This document shows positions 1 through 10,250 of a DNA stretch of 64,000 bases, piece after piece. Within the stretch, counting starts at the first letter, position 1; each line of letters begins with the position of its first letter. Under the pieces are notes generated by a model. It searched no databases and was not told the origin of the DNA. It was given only the letters and a program-made list of their open reading frames with translations. A program made the position numbers and the translations under genes. Source of the stretch: an uncultured Chloroflexia bacterium (lineage in GTDB: Bacteria; Chloroflexota; Chloroflexia; QHBQ01; JAICKM01); the NCBI GenBank assembly GCA_963784695.1, contig CAWARZ010000006.1:545282-609281 (forward strand). Direction: 5' to 3'.

Positions 1-2270
<2,270 letters not shown>

Positions 2271-2326
2271 CCCGTTGCCCCCTCAGCAAAAGAGCCGGTC
2301 GCACTGCACCGGCCCGGCACTCCATA

Positions 2327-2376
2327 GAATGCATGTTCTACCCAAGCAGTATAGCAAACACCCAAAATGCTGTCAA
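2327..2376 (-). promoter_or_regulatory. uvrA sigma70 promoter with LexA (Cheo-type) SOS box
   Basis: On the minus strand TTGACA (2371-2376), 17 bp, TATACT (2348-2353). GAATGCATGTTC at 2327-2338 is one mismatch from GAAC-N4-GTTC. Confidence 0.75.
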
Positions 2377-2571
2377 TGAGTCCGTAGACGGATCCCGGCC
2401 GAGTGCGGCCGCCAGCCTCTAATTATACCATAATGGCTCCGGCCGCCGGGGGCGATTCTGTGACCCGATCGTGATGCGCCGGGGCCGATCCGCGCTTGTA
2501 TCTGCCCGCCCGATCCTGCTAGAATCCCGCCCGGCCGGTCGCATAGACCCGACCGAAGGAAGGAGTGACGC

Positions 2572-3000
2572 ATGCGACGACACGTTTGGGGGCTCCGGGC
2601 AGCTTTGGCCGTGCTGCTCGGCCTGGTCGCGCTGGGCCTGCTGCCCGGCACGCCTGCGAGCGCGGCCAACCTGTACCCCTACGGCCAGTGCACCTACTAC
2701 GCCAAGAAGATGCGCCCCGACGTGGGCAACCACTGGGGCAACGCGCGCAACTGGGCGGCAAGCGCCCGGCAGGCAGGCTTCCCGGTGAGCGCGACGCCGC
2801 GCGCGGGCGATATCGTGGTGCTGCAACCCGGCGTGCAGCGCGTGAACCGCACCTACGGCCACGTCGCTTACGTCACCACGGTACGTGGCACCTGGTTCCG
2901 CACGGTCTCGATGTGGGGCAATGAGGCGAACGGGCGGCTGCATGTGGTCTGGTACCATACCGGGCCGGGTGTCAGCTTCATCCACAAGCGCATCGGCTAG
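2572..3000 (+). CDS. Secreted CHAP-domain peptidoglycan amidase
   Basis: Signal peptide, then YPYGQCTYY...WGNARNW...PRAGDIVVLQPG...YGHVAYV with the catalytic Cys and His. RBS AAGGAGG. Confidence 0.9.
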   Translation: MRRHVWGLRAALAVLLGLVALGLLPGTPASAANLYPYGQCTYYAKKMRPDVGNHWGNARNWAASARQAGFPVSATPRAGDIVVLQPGVQRVNRTYGHVAYVTTVRGTWFRTVSMWGNEANGRLHVVWYHTGPGVSFIHKRIG

Positions 3001-3734
3001 GCAGGCAGCGCGTCCAGCAGCGCGGGCAGGTCGGCCAGCCGGTCCACGCGCCAGGTCGGGGCGACGGCGCCCGGCGCCGCCGGACCGACGAGCACGGTGC
3101 GGGCGCCTACTCCCGCGGCCCAGGCCACGGCGGCAGGGCTGTCGTCCACGACGACCGCGGCTTCGGGCGCCACTTCGGCATCGGCGAAGATCCGCGCGTA
3201 GTAGGCGGGCCCGGCCTTGAAGGTGTCGACCAGGTCAGGGCCGTAGAGCCGGACGAAGAGCCCGGCCACGCCCTCGGCGCCGAGGTAGCCGGCGAGGTCC
3301 CAGGACGGCTCGCCGGAGGCGGTGTAGCACAGGTGGCCGCGAGCGTGCAGGCGGCGGATCGCGGCGACGGCGCCCGGGTAGGCGGCGCGCACCCGGTGCG
3401 TGACCGCTGCGGCGGCCTGCCGCGCGAGCGCGTACGCCTCGTCGGGCGGGGGCAGCGGCACGCCGACCTCGCTGCACATGCCGGCCAGCCAGTCGTGCTG
3501 ATAGGCCTGGTCGAACGCGGCATAGCTGCCGGCCGCCGCGAGTCGGGCCCCCCAGGCGCCAGGTGCGAGGATCGCTTCCATCACCGCGCGGTTGGCCGCG
3601 GCCCAGCGGGCGGGGTCGCCGCCCAGGCGCGGCGCGAAGAAGGCCGCCACGGCTTCCTGCCATTGCGGTCCCCGCCGCCGGTTGTCGCTGATCACGCCGC
3701 CGTCGTCGAGGAACAGCACCGGCGGATCCGGCAT
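2997..3734 (-). CDS. HAD-family hydrolase
   Basis: N-terminal LFLDDGGVI, motif II YTASGE, K in TFKAG, motif IV VVVDDS. Confidence 0.8.
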   Translation of the reverse strand: MPDPPVLFLDDGGVISDNRRRGPQWQEAVAAFFAPRLGGDPARWAAANRAVMEAILAPGAWGARLAAAGSYAAFDQAYQHDWLAGMCSEVGVPLPPPDEAYALARQAAAAVTHRVRAAYPGAVAAIRRLHARGHLCYTASGEPSWDLAGYLGAEGVAGLFVRLYGPDLVDTFKAGPAYYARIFADAEVAPEAAVVVDDSPAAVAWAAGVGARTVLVGPAAPGAVAPTWRVDRLADLPALLDALPA

Positions 3735-3766
3735 GGGCGCGTCTCCTTCCCGGCCGGGGGGCCGGC

Positions 3767-4156
3767 TCAGAACTGCAGGGTGCCGTTGCTGAGTGCGAGC
3801 AGCACGCTGAGCAGGTAGCAGAGCGCGATTACGCCGACGGCGGGGATCAGCAGCACGGGGCCGAGGAAGCCGGGGCGGCTCGGGGCCCGTGCGGCGGTGC
3901 CCAGCCGTCCGAGGGCCGCGAGCGCCCCGGCGCCGACGATGAGCGCGGCGGCGGCGACCAGCAGGACCGGCCGCACGACGGCGGGACCGACGCTCGTGGC
4001 GAGGAGCCCGGCCAGCACCAGCGGGAGGACACCGATCAGGCACCAGCCCGCGGCGCGGATGTCGCGACGGCGCCGGGCGCGTCCGTCGGCCATCAGCCAG
4101 CTACCGAGCAGGCCGCAGGCCAGCGCGGTCAGCAGCAGGGGGAAGAGCGCGTACAT
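3767..4156 (-). CDS. Small multi-pass membrane protein, unknown function
   Basis: 129 aa with about 4 hydrophobic segments; co-oriented between the TPR and HAD genes. Confidence 0.6.
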   Translation of the reverse strand: MYALFPLLLTALACGLLGSWLMADGRARRRRDIRAAGWCLIGVLPLVLAGLLATSVGPAVVRPVLLVAAAALIVGAGALAALGRLGTAARAPSRPGFLGPVLLIPAVGVIALCYLLSVLLALSNGTLQF

Positions 4157-4239
4157 CGCGCTAGCCGGGCGGCACGGCGCGGCCCGGACGCGCGACGAGC
4201 ACCGGACCTGCGCCCGGTGCTCGTCTGGCCGCCGATCGC

Positions 4240-5070
4240 TTACTCGCGCTCGTCGATCTCGTCGTCTTCGTACTCGCCCTCTTCGTCCAATTCCTCGGCT
4301 TCGAGCTCGGCTTCGCCTTCGCTCTCAAACTCCCCCGAGTCCTCGTCGTCGTCGTAGTTGTAGCGGGCGCTGCTCCCCACGGCGCGATACGTCGCCACCG
4401 GGCCTTTCGCCGGGAAGGAGAGCCGCCCGACCATGGCGGGCGCCTGGAAGCGCTCGCGGATGATGACGGACAGGCTCTTGTCGCTGACGGTGGTGACGGC
4501 GGCAGAGTAGCGGTTGCCCGCCTCCATGAAGCGGACCAGACGCTGGGCCACGCGGGGCTCGACTTCGCCGAGGTACTCGCCCTCGTCGGAGTGGACCTCG
4601 AGATGGTTCTCGCGCACCACGAGCTCCAGGCTGTCGCCCGCGGTGAGCGCGTGCAGCTTCGTGCCGCTGGCCAGGTTGATCAGATTGGCGAGCCCGGTCT
4701 TGCCCGTCTCTTCGATGAAGGTGTGCGGGGTGACGCGGTCGACCGGGCGCACGCCCGGCCGGCGGGCCGGCGCGGCGGTGGCCTGTTGGGCCAGCGGCGC
4801 CAGCCAATTCATGTTCTTCTGGGCGATGGCATTCCCCGGGGCCAGCTCGACGGCGCGCTTGTACGCTTCGTAGGCCTCGCGGTAGTTGCCGAGCTCGAGC
4901 TGGGCTTTGCCGAGCCGGTTATAGGCGTCGGCGTCGTTCGGCTCGATGGCGAGGATGGCGCGGTTGACCTCGACGGCCTCGCCCCAGCGGCTCTGCATCG
5001 CCAGCGCGATGGCCCGCTCGGGCAAGATGCGCCGCAGCCGCGCCGAGTCATCGGGAAGGTTTTGAGCCAT
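4240..5070 (-). CDS. TPR protein with HIRAN-like C-terminal domain and acidic tail
   Basis: Start MAQNLPDD. TPR motifs (EPNDADAYNRLGKAQLELGNYREAYEAYKRAVELAPGN), a beta-rich segment (GDSLELVV...GEYLGEVEPRVAQRLVRFMEAGNRYSAAV) and an Asp/Glu tail. Confidence 0.8.
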   Translation of the reverse strand: MAQNLPDDSARLRRILPERAIALAMQSRWGEAVEVNRAILAIEPNDADAYNRLGKAQLELGNYREAYEAYKRAVELAPGNAIAQKNMNWLAPLAQQATAAPARRPGVRPVDRVTPHTFIEETGKTGLANLINLASGTKLHALTAGDSLELVVRENHLEVHSDEGEYLGEVEPRVAQRLVRFMEAGNRYSAAVTTVSDKSLSVIIRERFQAPAMVGRLSFPAKGPVATYRAVGSSARYNYDDDEDSGEFESEGEAELEAEELDEEGEYEDDEIDERE

Positions 5071-5293
5071 GCAAGATACCTCACTCAGGAAACTACGCAG
5101 CCGGAAGTAGCCGGAAGTACTCGTGGCGGCTGCGCTGCCTAGTATATACGATGTCGGCGCCGGAACGGTTGTGTTCCGGCGGGCGAAATCACGCACGAAA
5201 ACGCCGTAGCTCCGCAAACGCATTAGGTAAACGCAGGGGTCCCGTCCGGGTTACGGCTTTGCGGGCCGGCCGGTCTAGAGCGAGGGGTCGGAC

Positions 5294-6658
5294 CTAGGCC
5301 GATGTCAGCTCGAATTGCGCCCCGACCAGGGGAATAGGCTCGGCGAGCTCGCCGGTGAGCGACCAGGCGCCGGCATCGGTGATGCGCACGCGGCGCAGCC
5401 CCCCGCGATGGGGCTCCGACGCGGCGCCGGGGAAGTAGACGATCTTGTTGCCCCGGGTGCGCCCGGTCCACTTGCCGCGCTCGCGGGCCTCGACGAGGAT
5501 CTCGAGCGTGGTGCCGACCAGCGTCGCGTTGAGCTCGCGCCCGATTTGCTCCTGCTGGGCCTCGACCGCGTGCAGTCGGGCCAGCTTCTCGTCGTGCGGC
5601 ACGTCGTCTTCCCAGGTCGCCGCGACCGTGCCGGGGCGTGGGGAATAGGCGGCCACGTGGACCTTGTCGAAGCGGATCTCGGCCAGCAGATCCAGCGTGT
5701 GCTGGAACTGGGCGGTGGTCTCGCCGGGGAAGCCGACGATGATGTCGGTGGCCAGGGTGACGTTCGGGATGGTCGCGCGGATGCGCTCGACCAGATCGCG
5801 ATAGTAGCGCAGTGTGTAGCGGCGCCGCATGCGGCGGATGATCTCGTCGTCGCCCGCCTGCACGGGCAGGTTGATGTACTCGCAGGCCTTCGGCAGCGCG
5901 GCAACCGTGTCGATCAGGCGCTGGCTCATGTCCTTGGGGTGCGAGGTGAGAAAGCGCACGCGCTGCAGCCCGTCGATCGCGTCCATGGCGACAAGCAGGT
6001 CGGCAAGCTCGGTGCGCGGCAGCAGGTCGTGGCCGTAGGTGTCGACGTTCTGGCCGAGCAGGGTGACTTCGCGCACGCCCTGCTCGGTCAGCCCGCGGAC
6101 TTCGGCGGCGATCTCGGGGATCGTGCGGCTGCGCTCGCGCCCGCGGCGGAAGGGCACGATGCAGTAGGTGCAGGTTTTGTTGCAGCCGTAGATGATCGGG
6201 ATGTAGGCGGCGACCGTGCCCGCCTGCGCGGTCGGCAGCAGCCCTTCGAGGGCGAGCGAGACGCCGTATTCGCCCAGGTCGGGCGCGGCGTTGTTGGGCA
6301 GGCCGACCAGGAAATCGCGCACGGCCGACGGCTTGAAAAAGAGGTCGACCATGGGGAAGCGCCGGCGCAGCGTGGTCTGATCATCGGTAACCATGCAGCC
6401 GGTCAGGGCGACGAAGGCGTTGGGGCGGCGGCGCTTCAGGCCGGCGATCTCGCCGAGCTTGCCGGCGATGCGCTCCTCGGCGTTCGCGCGCACGGAGCAG
6501 GAGTTGAGGACGATTATGTCGGCCTCGTCCATCGCATTGGTCGCCTGATAGCCCCGCTTTTCGAGTGCGGCGCCCACGTAGTTGCTGTCGGCCACGTTCA
6601 TCTGGCACCCGACGGTCCAGATGAAGTAGCTGCGGTCCTGCGCCGAAGTGTCCGCCAT
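5294..6658 (-). CDS. miaB: tRNA-2-methylthio-N6-dimethylallyladenosine synthase MiaB
   Basis: TVGCQMNVADS and LNSCSVR (UPF0004 domain), radical SAM motif CNKTCTYC, IIVGFPGET, YSPRPGT and a C-terminal TRAM domain. Confidence 0.95.
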   Translation of the reverse strand: MADTSAQDRSYFIWTVGCQMNVADSNYVGAALEKRGYQATNAMDEADIIVLNSCSVRANAEERIAGKLGEIAGLKRRRPNAFVALTGCMVTDDQTTLRRRFPMVDLFFKPSAVRDFLVGLPNNAAPDLGEYGVSLALEGLLPTAQAGTVAAYIPIIYGCNKTCTYCIVPFRRGRERSRTIPEIAAEVRGLTEQGVREVTLLGQNVDTYGHDLLPRTELADLLVAMDAIDGLQRVRFLTSHPKDMSQRLIDTVAALPKACEYINLPVQAGDDEIIRRMRRRYTLRYYRDLVERIRATIPNVTLATDIIVGFPGETTAQFQHTLDLLAEIRFDKVHVAAYSPRPGTVAATWEDDVPHDEKLARLHAVEAQQEQIGRELNATLVGTTLEILVEARERGKWTGRTRGNKIVYFPGAASEPHRGGLRRVRITDAGAWSLTGELAEPIPLVGAQFELTSA

Positions 6659-6894
6659 GGTCTGTCTCACCTACCTGCTAGCGCGCCGCCGGGGGCGGTC
6701 ATCTGACCGGTCTCGTGTCGGACCGGCCGTTGCCGATTGCGTGCTATTATACTCGATGCGGCAAACGCGCTGCAAATCCGGGACCAACGCCAGAAATGCA
6801 TTCCACCAGCAAGTCCGCAGCTTTCCTCAGCCGGTCTGTGAGCTTTTACGACCAACGCCGCCTGATGGCACGGTTGGTGATGATGCGGCTCGCA

Positions 6895-6924
6895 TTGACT
6901 CCCGTTGGCGGCGCATGGTATAGT
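6895..6924 (+). promoter_or_regulatory. sigma70-type promoter upstream of the SH3 membrane protein
   Basis: TTGACT, 18 bp, TATAGT with a TG extended -10 motif. Confidence 0.5.
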
Positions 6925-7069
6925 GATCGCGTTACCTCATCACGCTTGACAGCAGCATGACCAACGCCTGCGCCTCGGCCCGGCCCGCGGGCAAGGCCCG
7001 GCACCCGACGCCGCGCAGGATCAGCAACTCACCCGAGCACACGAGCATAACATGGGAAAGGGGCCCGGA

Positions 7070-8080
7070 ATGTCGTCGGCGAAGCCGCGTGATCGCAAGT
7101 GCGGTACCTGTCGTTTCTATGAGTCCTCGCCACTGTGGCGCCGGGGCTGGTGCCGGAATCCGCTCCTGTACGATCCATCCACCAATCACCTGGTCGAAGC
7201 CAACTCCCTGGCCTGCAGCCGGACTTTCATCGACTACTGGGAGCCGCGCGCGTCGGGTCAACGGGCGCCGAACCCGACGACCGGCACGGAGCGGCTGGTG
7301 CGCCGGGCGCCGTCGATCCCGCTGACGGCCACCGGCCCGGGTGGCCGGCCGCTGAGCGGCACGACCGCGGCGACGGCCGCGGCCCAACCCGTCGGCGCGC
7401 CGCGGGAGCGGCCGCCGCAGTTGTCGCTGGTCAAGCCCGAGCCGCAACTGGAGGAGCCGGCGCCCCCGCCCGCGTCGGCACCGGCCGCGCCGGGCGAGCC
7501 CGCCCTGACGACCCCTCTGAGCCCGCCCGTTGCCGACACGCCGGCCGAGCATTCCGCCCCGACCGTCGCGCTGCCCGCGCCAATCGTGGCTGGGGTGCCC
7601 GAGCCCGCGCTGCCGGCGGACCGCCGGCGCCGCTTGCGCACGTTCCTCCTCGTCGCGGATATTGTCGCGGTGGCCGTGCTGGTGTTGGTGCTCTCGCGGA
7701 TGCACACCCCCACGCCCGCGGTCGTCGACCTGCCCACGCCCACGGCGGTCTCGCTGGGCATCGGCCTCGTGCCGACGGATACCGTCGTGCCGCCCACGGC
7801 CACGCCCCTGCCGCGGACGACGGTGCCGACGCCTGCCAAGCCCGTCATGGCGCCCGGCGGGAAGGCCACGCTGACCGGCCTCGGGAGCTCTGGGCTGCGG
7901 GTGCATAAGGACGCGGGTCTGAACAGCACTGTGGTGGGCGTGATGCGGGGCAACGTTACTGTCCAGATCGTCGCTGGGCCCAAGGATGCCGACGGTATCA
8001 CCTGGTGGCAGGTCAAAGGCTGGGACAGCAAAGGCACGCTCGGCTGGGCTTCGGGCAAATACCTCGCGCCGACGCGCTAA
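7070..8080 (+). CDS. Single-pass membrane protein: N-terminal 4-Cys cluster, Pro-rich linker, TM helix, C-terminal SH3-like domain
   Basis: CGTC...GWC...LAC motif; TM segment FLLVADIVAVAVLVLVL; SH3b-like GLRVHKDAGLNSTVVG...GITWWQVK...GWASGKYL. Confidence 0.75.
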   Translation: MSSAKPRDRKCGTCRFYESSPLWRRGWCRNPLLYDPSTNHLVEANSLACSRTFIDYWEPRASGQRAPNPTTGTERLVRRAPSIPLTATGPGGRPLSGTTAATAAAQPVGAPRERPPQLSLVKPEPQLEEPAPPPASAPAAPGEPALTTPLSPPVADTPAEHSAPTVALPAPIVAGVPEPALPADRRRRLRTFLLVADIVAVAVLVLVLSRMHTPTPAVVDLPTPTAVSLGIGLVPTDTVVPPTATPLPRTTVPTPAKPVMAPGGKATLTGLGSSGLRVHKDAGLNSTVVGVMRGNVTVQIVAGPKDADGITWWQVKGWDSKGTLGWASGKYLAPTR

Positions 8081-8139
8081 CAGCGCGCAGTACCTTTAGC
8101 CATAGGGCACGCGGTGCAGTGACGGTACGGGCAAACAGT

Positions 8140-8169
8140 GGGGCCGGGGAGGAATTCCTCCCCGGCCTC
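8140..8169. terminator. GC-rich hairpin between convergent genes (REP-like family member)
   Basis: GGGGCCGGGGAGG-AATT-CCTCCCCGGCCTC; related hairpins at 9517-9548, 14031-14063 and 37328-37356. Confidence 0.6.
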
Positions 8170-8212
8170 GCCGCTTTCCGCGCAGCGCGCGGCACGGTCC
8201 GTCGGGCGACGG

Positions 8213-9169
8213 CTACTCGCGCCGGGGCACCCGCCGCAGGAACGCGCCGACCCCGACCAGAAGCCCCGCCAGCAGCAGGGCCATCAGGCCCGCCGGGAGG
8301 GCCGCCGGGGCGCCCGTCGCGGGCATTCCGGGCATGTGTCCGGCACTGGGCGCCGCGTCCGTGCGGATCACCGGGCAGTCTACCACGACGCCCGGGTGGG
8401 CGATCGGGTAGCCCGAACGCATCACCGCGTCGACCGAGGCGATCGTGTTCGCCTGATACCCCGCCGGCACCTGCACGAAGTGCACATCCCAGAAGGCGCT
8501 GTAGCCCGGCTGGCCGGGGACCACGCCGATGATGTTGTGCTGCCCGGCGACCATCTGGGGCTTACCGTTGGCGTCGAAGCCGGTGATGAAGGCATAGATG
8601 GGCAGGGTGGAGTCGGTGTTGGGGCCGAAGTCGAAGTAGTCGACCTCGCGCCCGCGGTACCAGCCCTGGGTGAGCCCCGGCGTGCCCTCGGCCAGATGCG
8701 AGCCGATCGGCACCACCGGGCAGTTCACGAGCATCGGGGTGGCCTTGATGGGATAGCCGGCCTGCTTGATCGCGTCGAGCGAGCGGATCGTGTTGGGCGC
8801 CGTCCCGGCCGGGACGGTGACGAGATGGACCTGCCAGAGGTCCGAGTAGCCGGGGTCGCCCGGCACGGCGTCGATGATGTTGTGCTGGCCGGCGAGCATC
8901 TGCGGGTTGCCGCCGGCGTCAAAGCCTGTCACGAGGACATAGATGTCGTCGGTGGCGACCTTGGCGCCGCCGTTCAGGGGGGGCGTGTTCATGCCGAAGT
9001 CGTAGTAATAGGTCGCCCGCCCGTCGAACCAGCCCTGGGTCACCGGGAAGGTCTTGGGCGGGTCGGTGAACACGTCACGGGCGGGTGCCGCCGTGGCGGG
9101 CACCGCGAACGCCAGCCCCGCCATCAGGGGCACACAGGCCAGGATCGCGCGCGTCAGTACGGTCTTCAT
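8213..9169 (-). CDS. Secreted protein with an internal tandem domain duplication and a sortase-type sorting signal
   Basis: Signal peptide; two copies of TQGW(F/Y)xG...Y(Y/F)DFG...GQHNII...PGxPGYSx(L/F)WxVH; C-terminal MPATG followed by a hydrophobic helix and RRVPRRE. Confidence 0.8.
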   Translation of the reverse strand: MKTVLTRAILACVPLMAGLAFAVPATAAPARDVFTDPPKTFPVTQGWFDGRATYYYDFGMNTPPLNGGAKVATDDIYVLVTGFDAGGNPQMLAGQHNIIDAVPGDPGYSDLWQVHLVTVPAGTAPNTIRSLDAIKQAGYPIKATPMLVNCPVVPIGSHLAEGTPGLTQGWYRGREVDYFDFGPNTDSTLPIYAFITGFDANGKPQMVAGQHNIIGVVPGQPGYSAFWDVHFVQVPAGYQANTIASVDAVMRSGYPIAHPGVVVDCPVIRTDAAPSAGHMPGMPATGAPAALPAGLMALLLAGLLVGVGAFLRRVPRRE

Positions 9170-9589
9170 CGTAGCAACGTCCCTTCTTCCTGCGGACTGC
9201 TGTCGCTCGGCGCGCGCGCTGCGGGGTGTGGAGGTGTCGCGGAGCACGCCGCATCCGTGGCGGCACGCGCCCGTTGTCTCCCTACCCCGGCCATTGCCTG
9301 CCGCTGCCCCCGATCCGTTGCCGATCTTGGCGCGGGTGGCAGGGCAAGCCTCGGCGGCCACGCAGGTACAACGGAGAACAGGTACCGGGCCGGGAAAGTT
9401 CCACGCCCTGCCGGAAGAACCCCCGGCGACCAGCGGATTCGGGCTGTCTTGCGTTGCTTCCCCCGCTCTATGCTCGCCGAGTTTGGAATTGGGCGGACGA
9501 CAGCCTGGGGACGCGACGGGGCCGGGAAGGCGAACCTCCCCGGCCCCGCGGCTTGCCGATGATGGGGGCCCGCCGAAGCGGGCCCCCGG

Positions 9590-10250
9590 GTTGCACTACT
9601 TGGTGACCGTCGGGATGTTGCAGCTGCCGGTCCCCGTGATCGACAGGTAGACGATCTTGGAGATCTGGCCGCGGGTGGCGTCGTTGCCCTGGCGGAAGTA
9701 CGGGCGGTTGTTCGGGCCGCACGGCTCGCCGGGGCCACCGCAGTCGTAGCCGCTGATGATGCCGTGGCAGTAGGCCGTCTCCACGAAGGTGTAGAAGGCC
9801 GTATTGGGCAGCACGTCCTCGAAGGAGCCGGTTGGCGGATTCTGGAGGTCCCAGCCCGCCGCGACGACGTCGATCTTGGACAACTGGCCGCGGGTCACGT
9901 TGTTGTACGGGCGGAAGTACGGGCGGTTCTGCGCATCGCAGGGCTCGCCCGGGCCGCCGCAGTCGTAGCCGCTGACCACGTTGTCGTGGGCGGCGGTCTC
10001 GATGACGTCAAAGAACGGGAAGTCGGGCTTGACGTCCGCGAAGGTGTAGTCGCCGCCCGGCGGTATGTAGGTGGGCAGACCGAAGCCGAGGACCACGATC
10101 TTGACCATCTGGGCGCGGGTGGTGGAGTTGTAGGGCCGGAAGGTGTTATCGGCGTAGCCGCTGATCACGCCGTGGCAGTAGAGGTACTGCACCGGCACGT
10201 AGAAGTAGTCGGTTGGGTGCACGTCGCTGAAGGGCAGCGGGCACGGCGTC
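9590..10250. repeat. Near-identical direct repeat encoding the SLH module (second copy ~14113-14770)
   Basis: The 3' ends of SLH genes 1 and 2 align with only scattered substitutions; offset 4523 bp. Confidence 0.9.

Noticed and set aside
5071-5223. N-terminal extension of the TPR ORF, and similar extensions of several other ORFs
   Set aside because: The composition is non-coding-like, and better starts with an RBS or promoter exist downstream.
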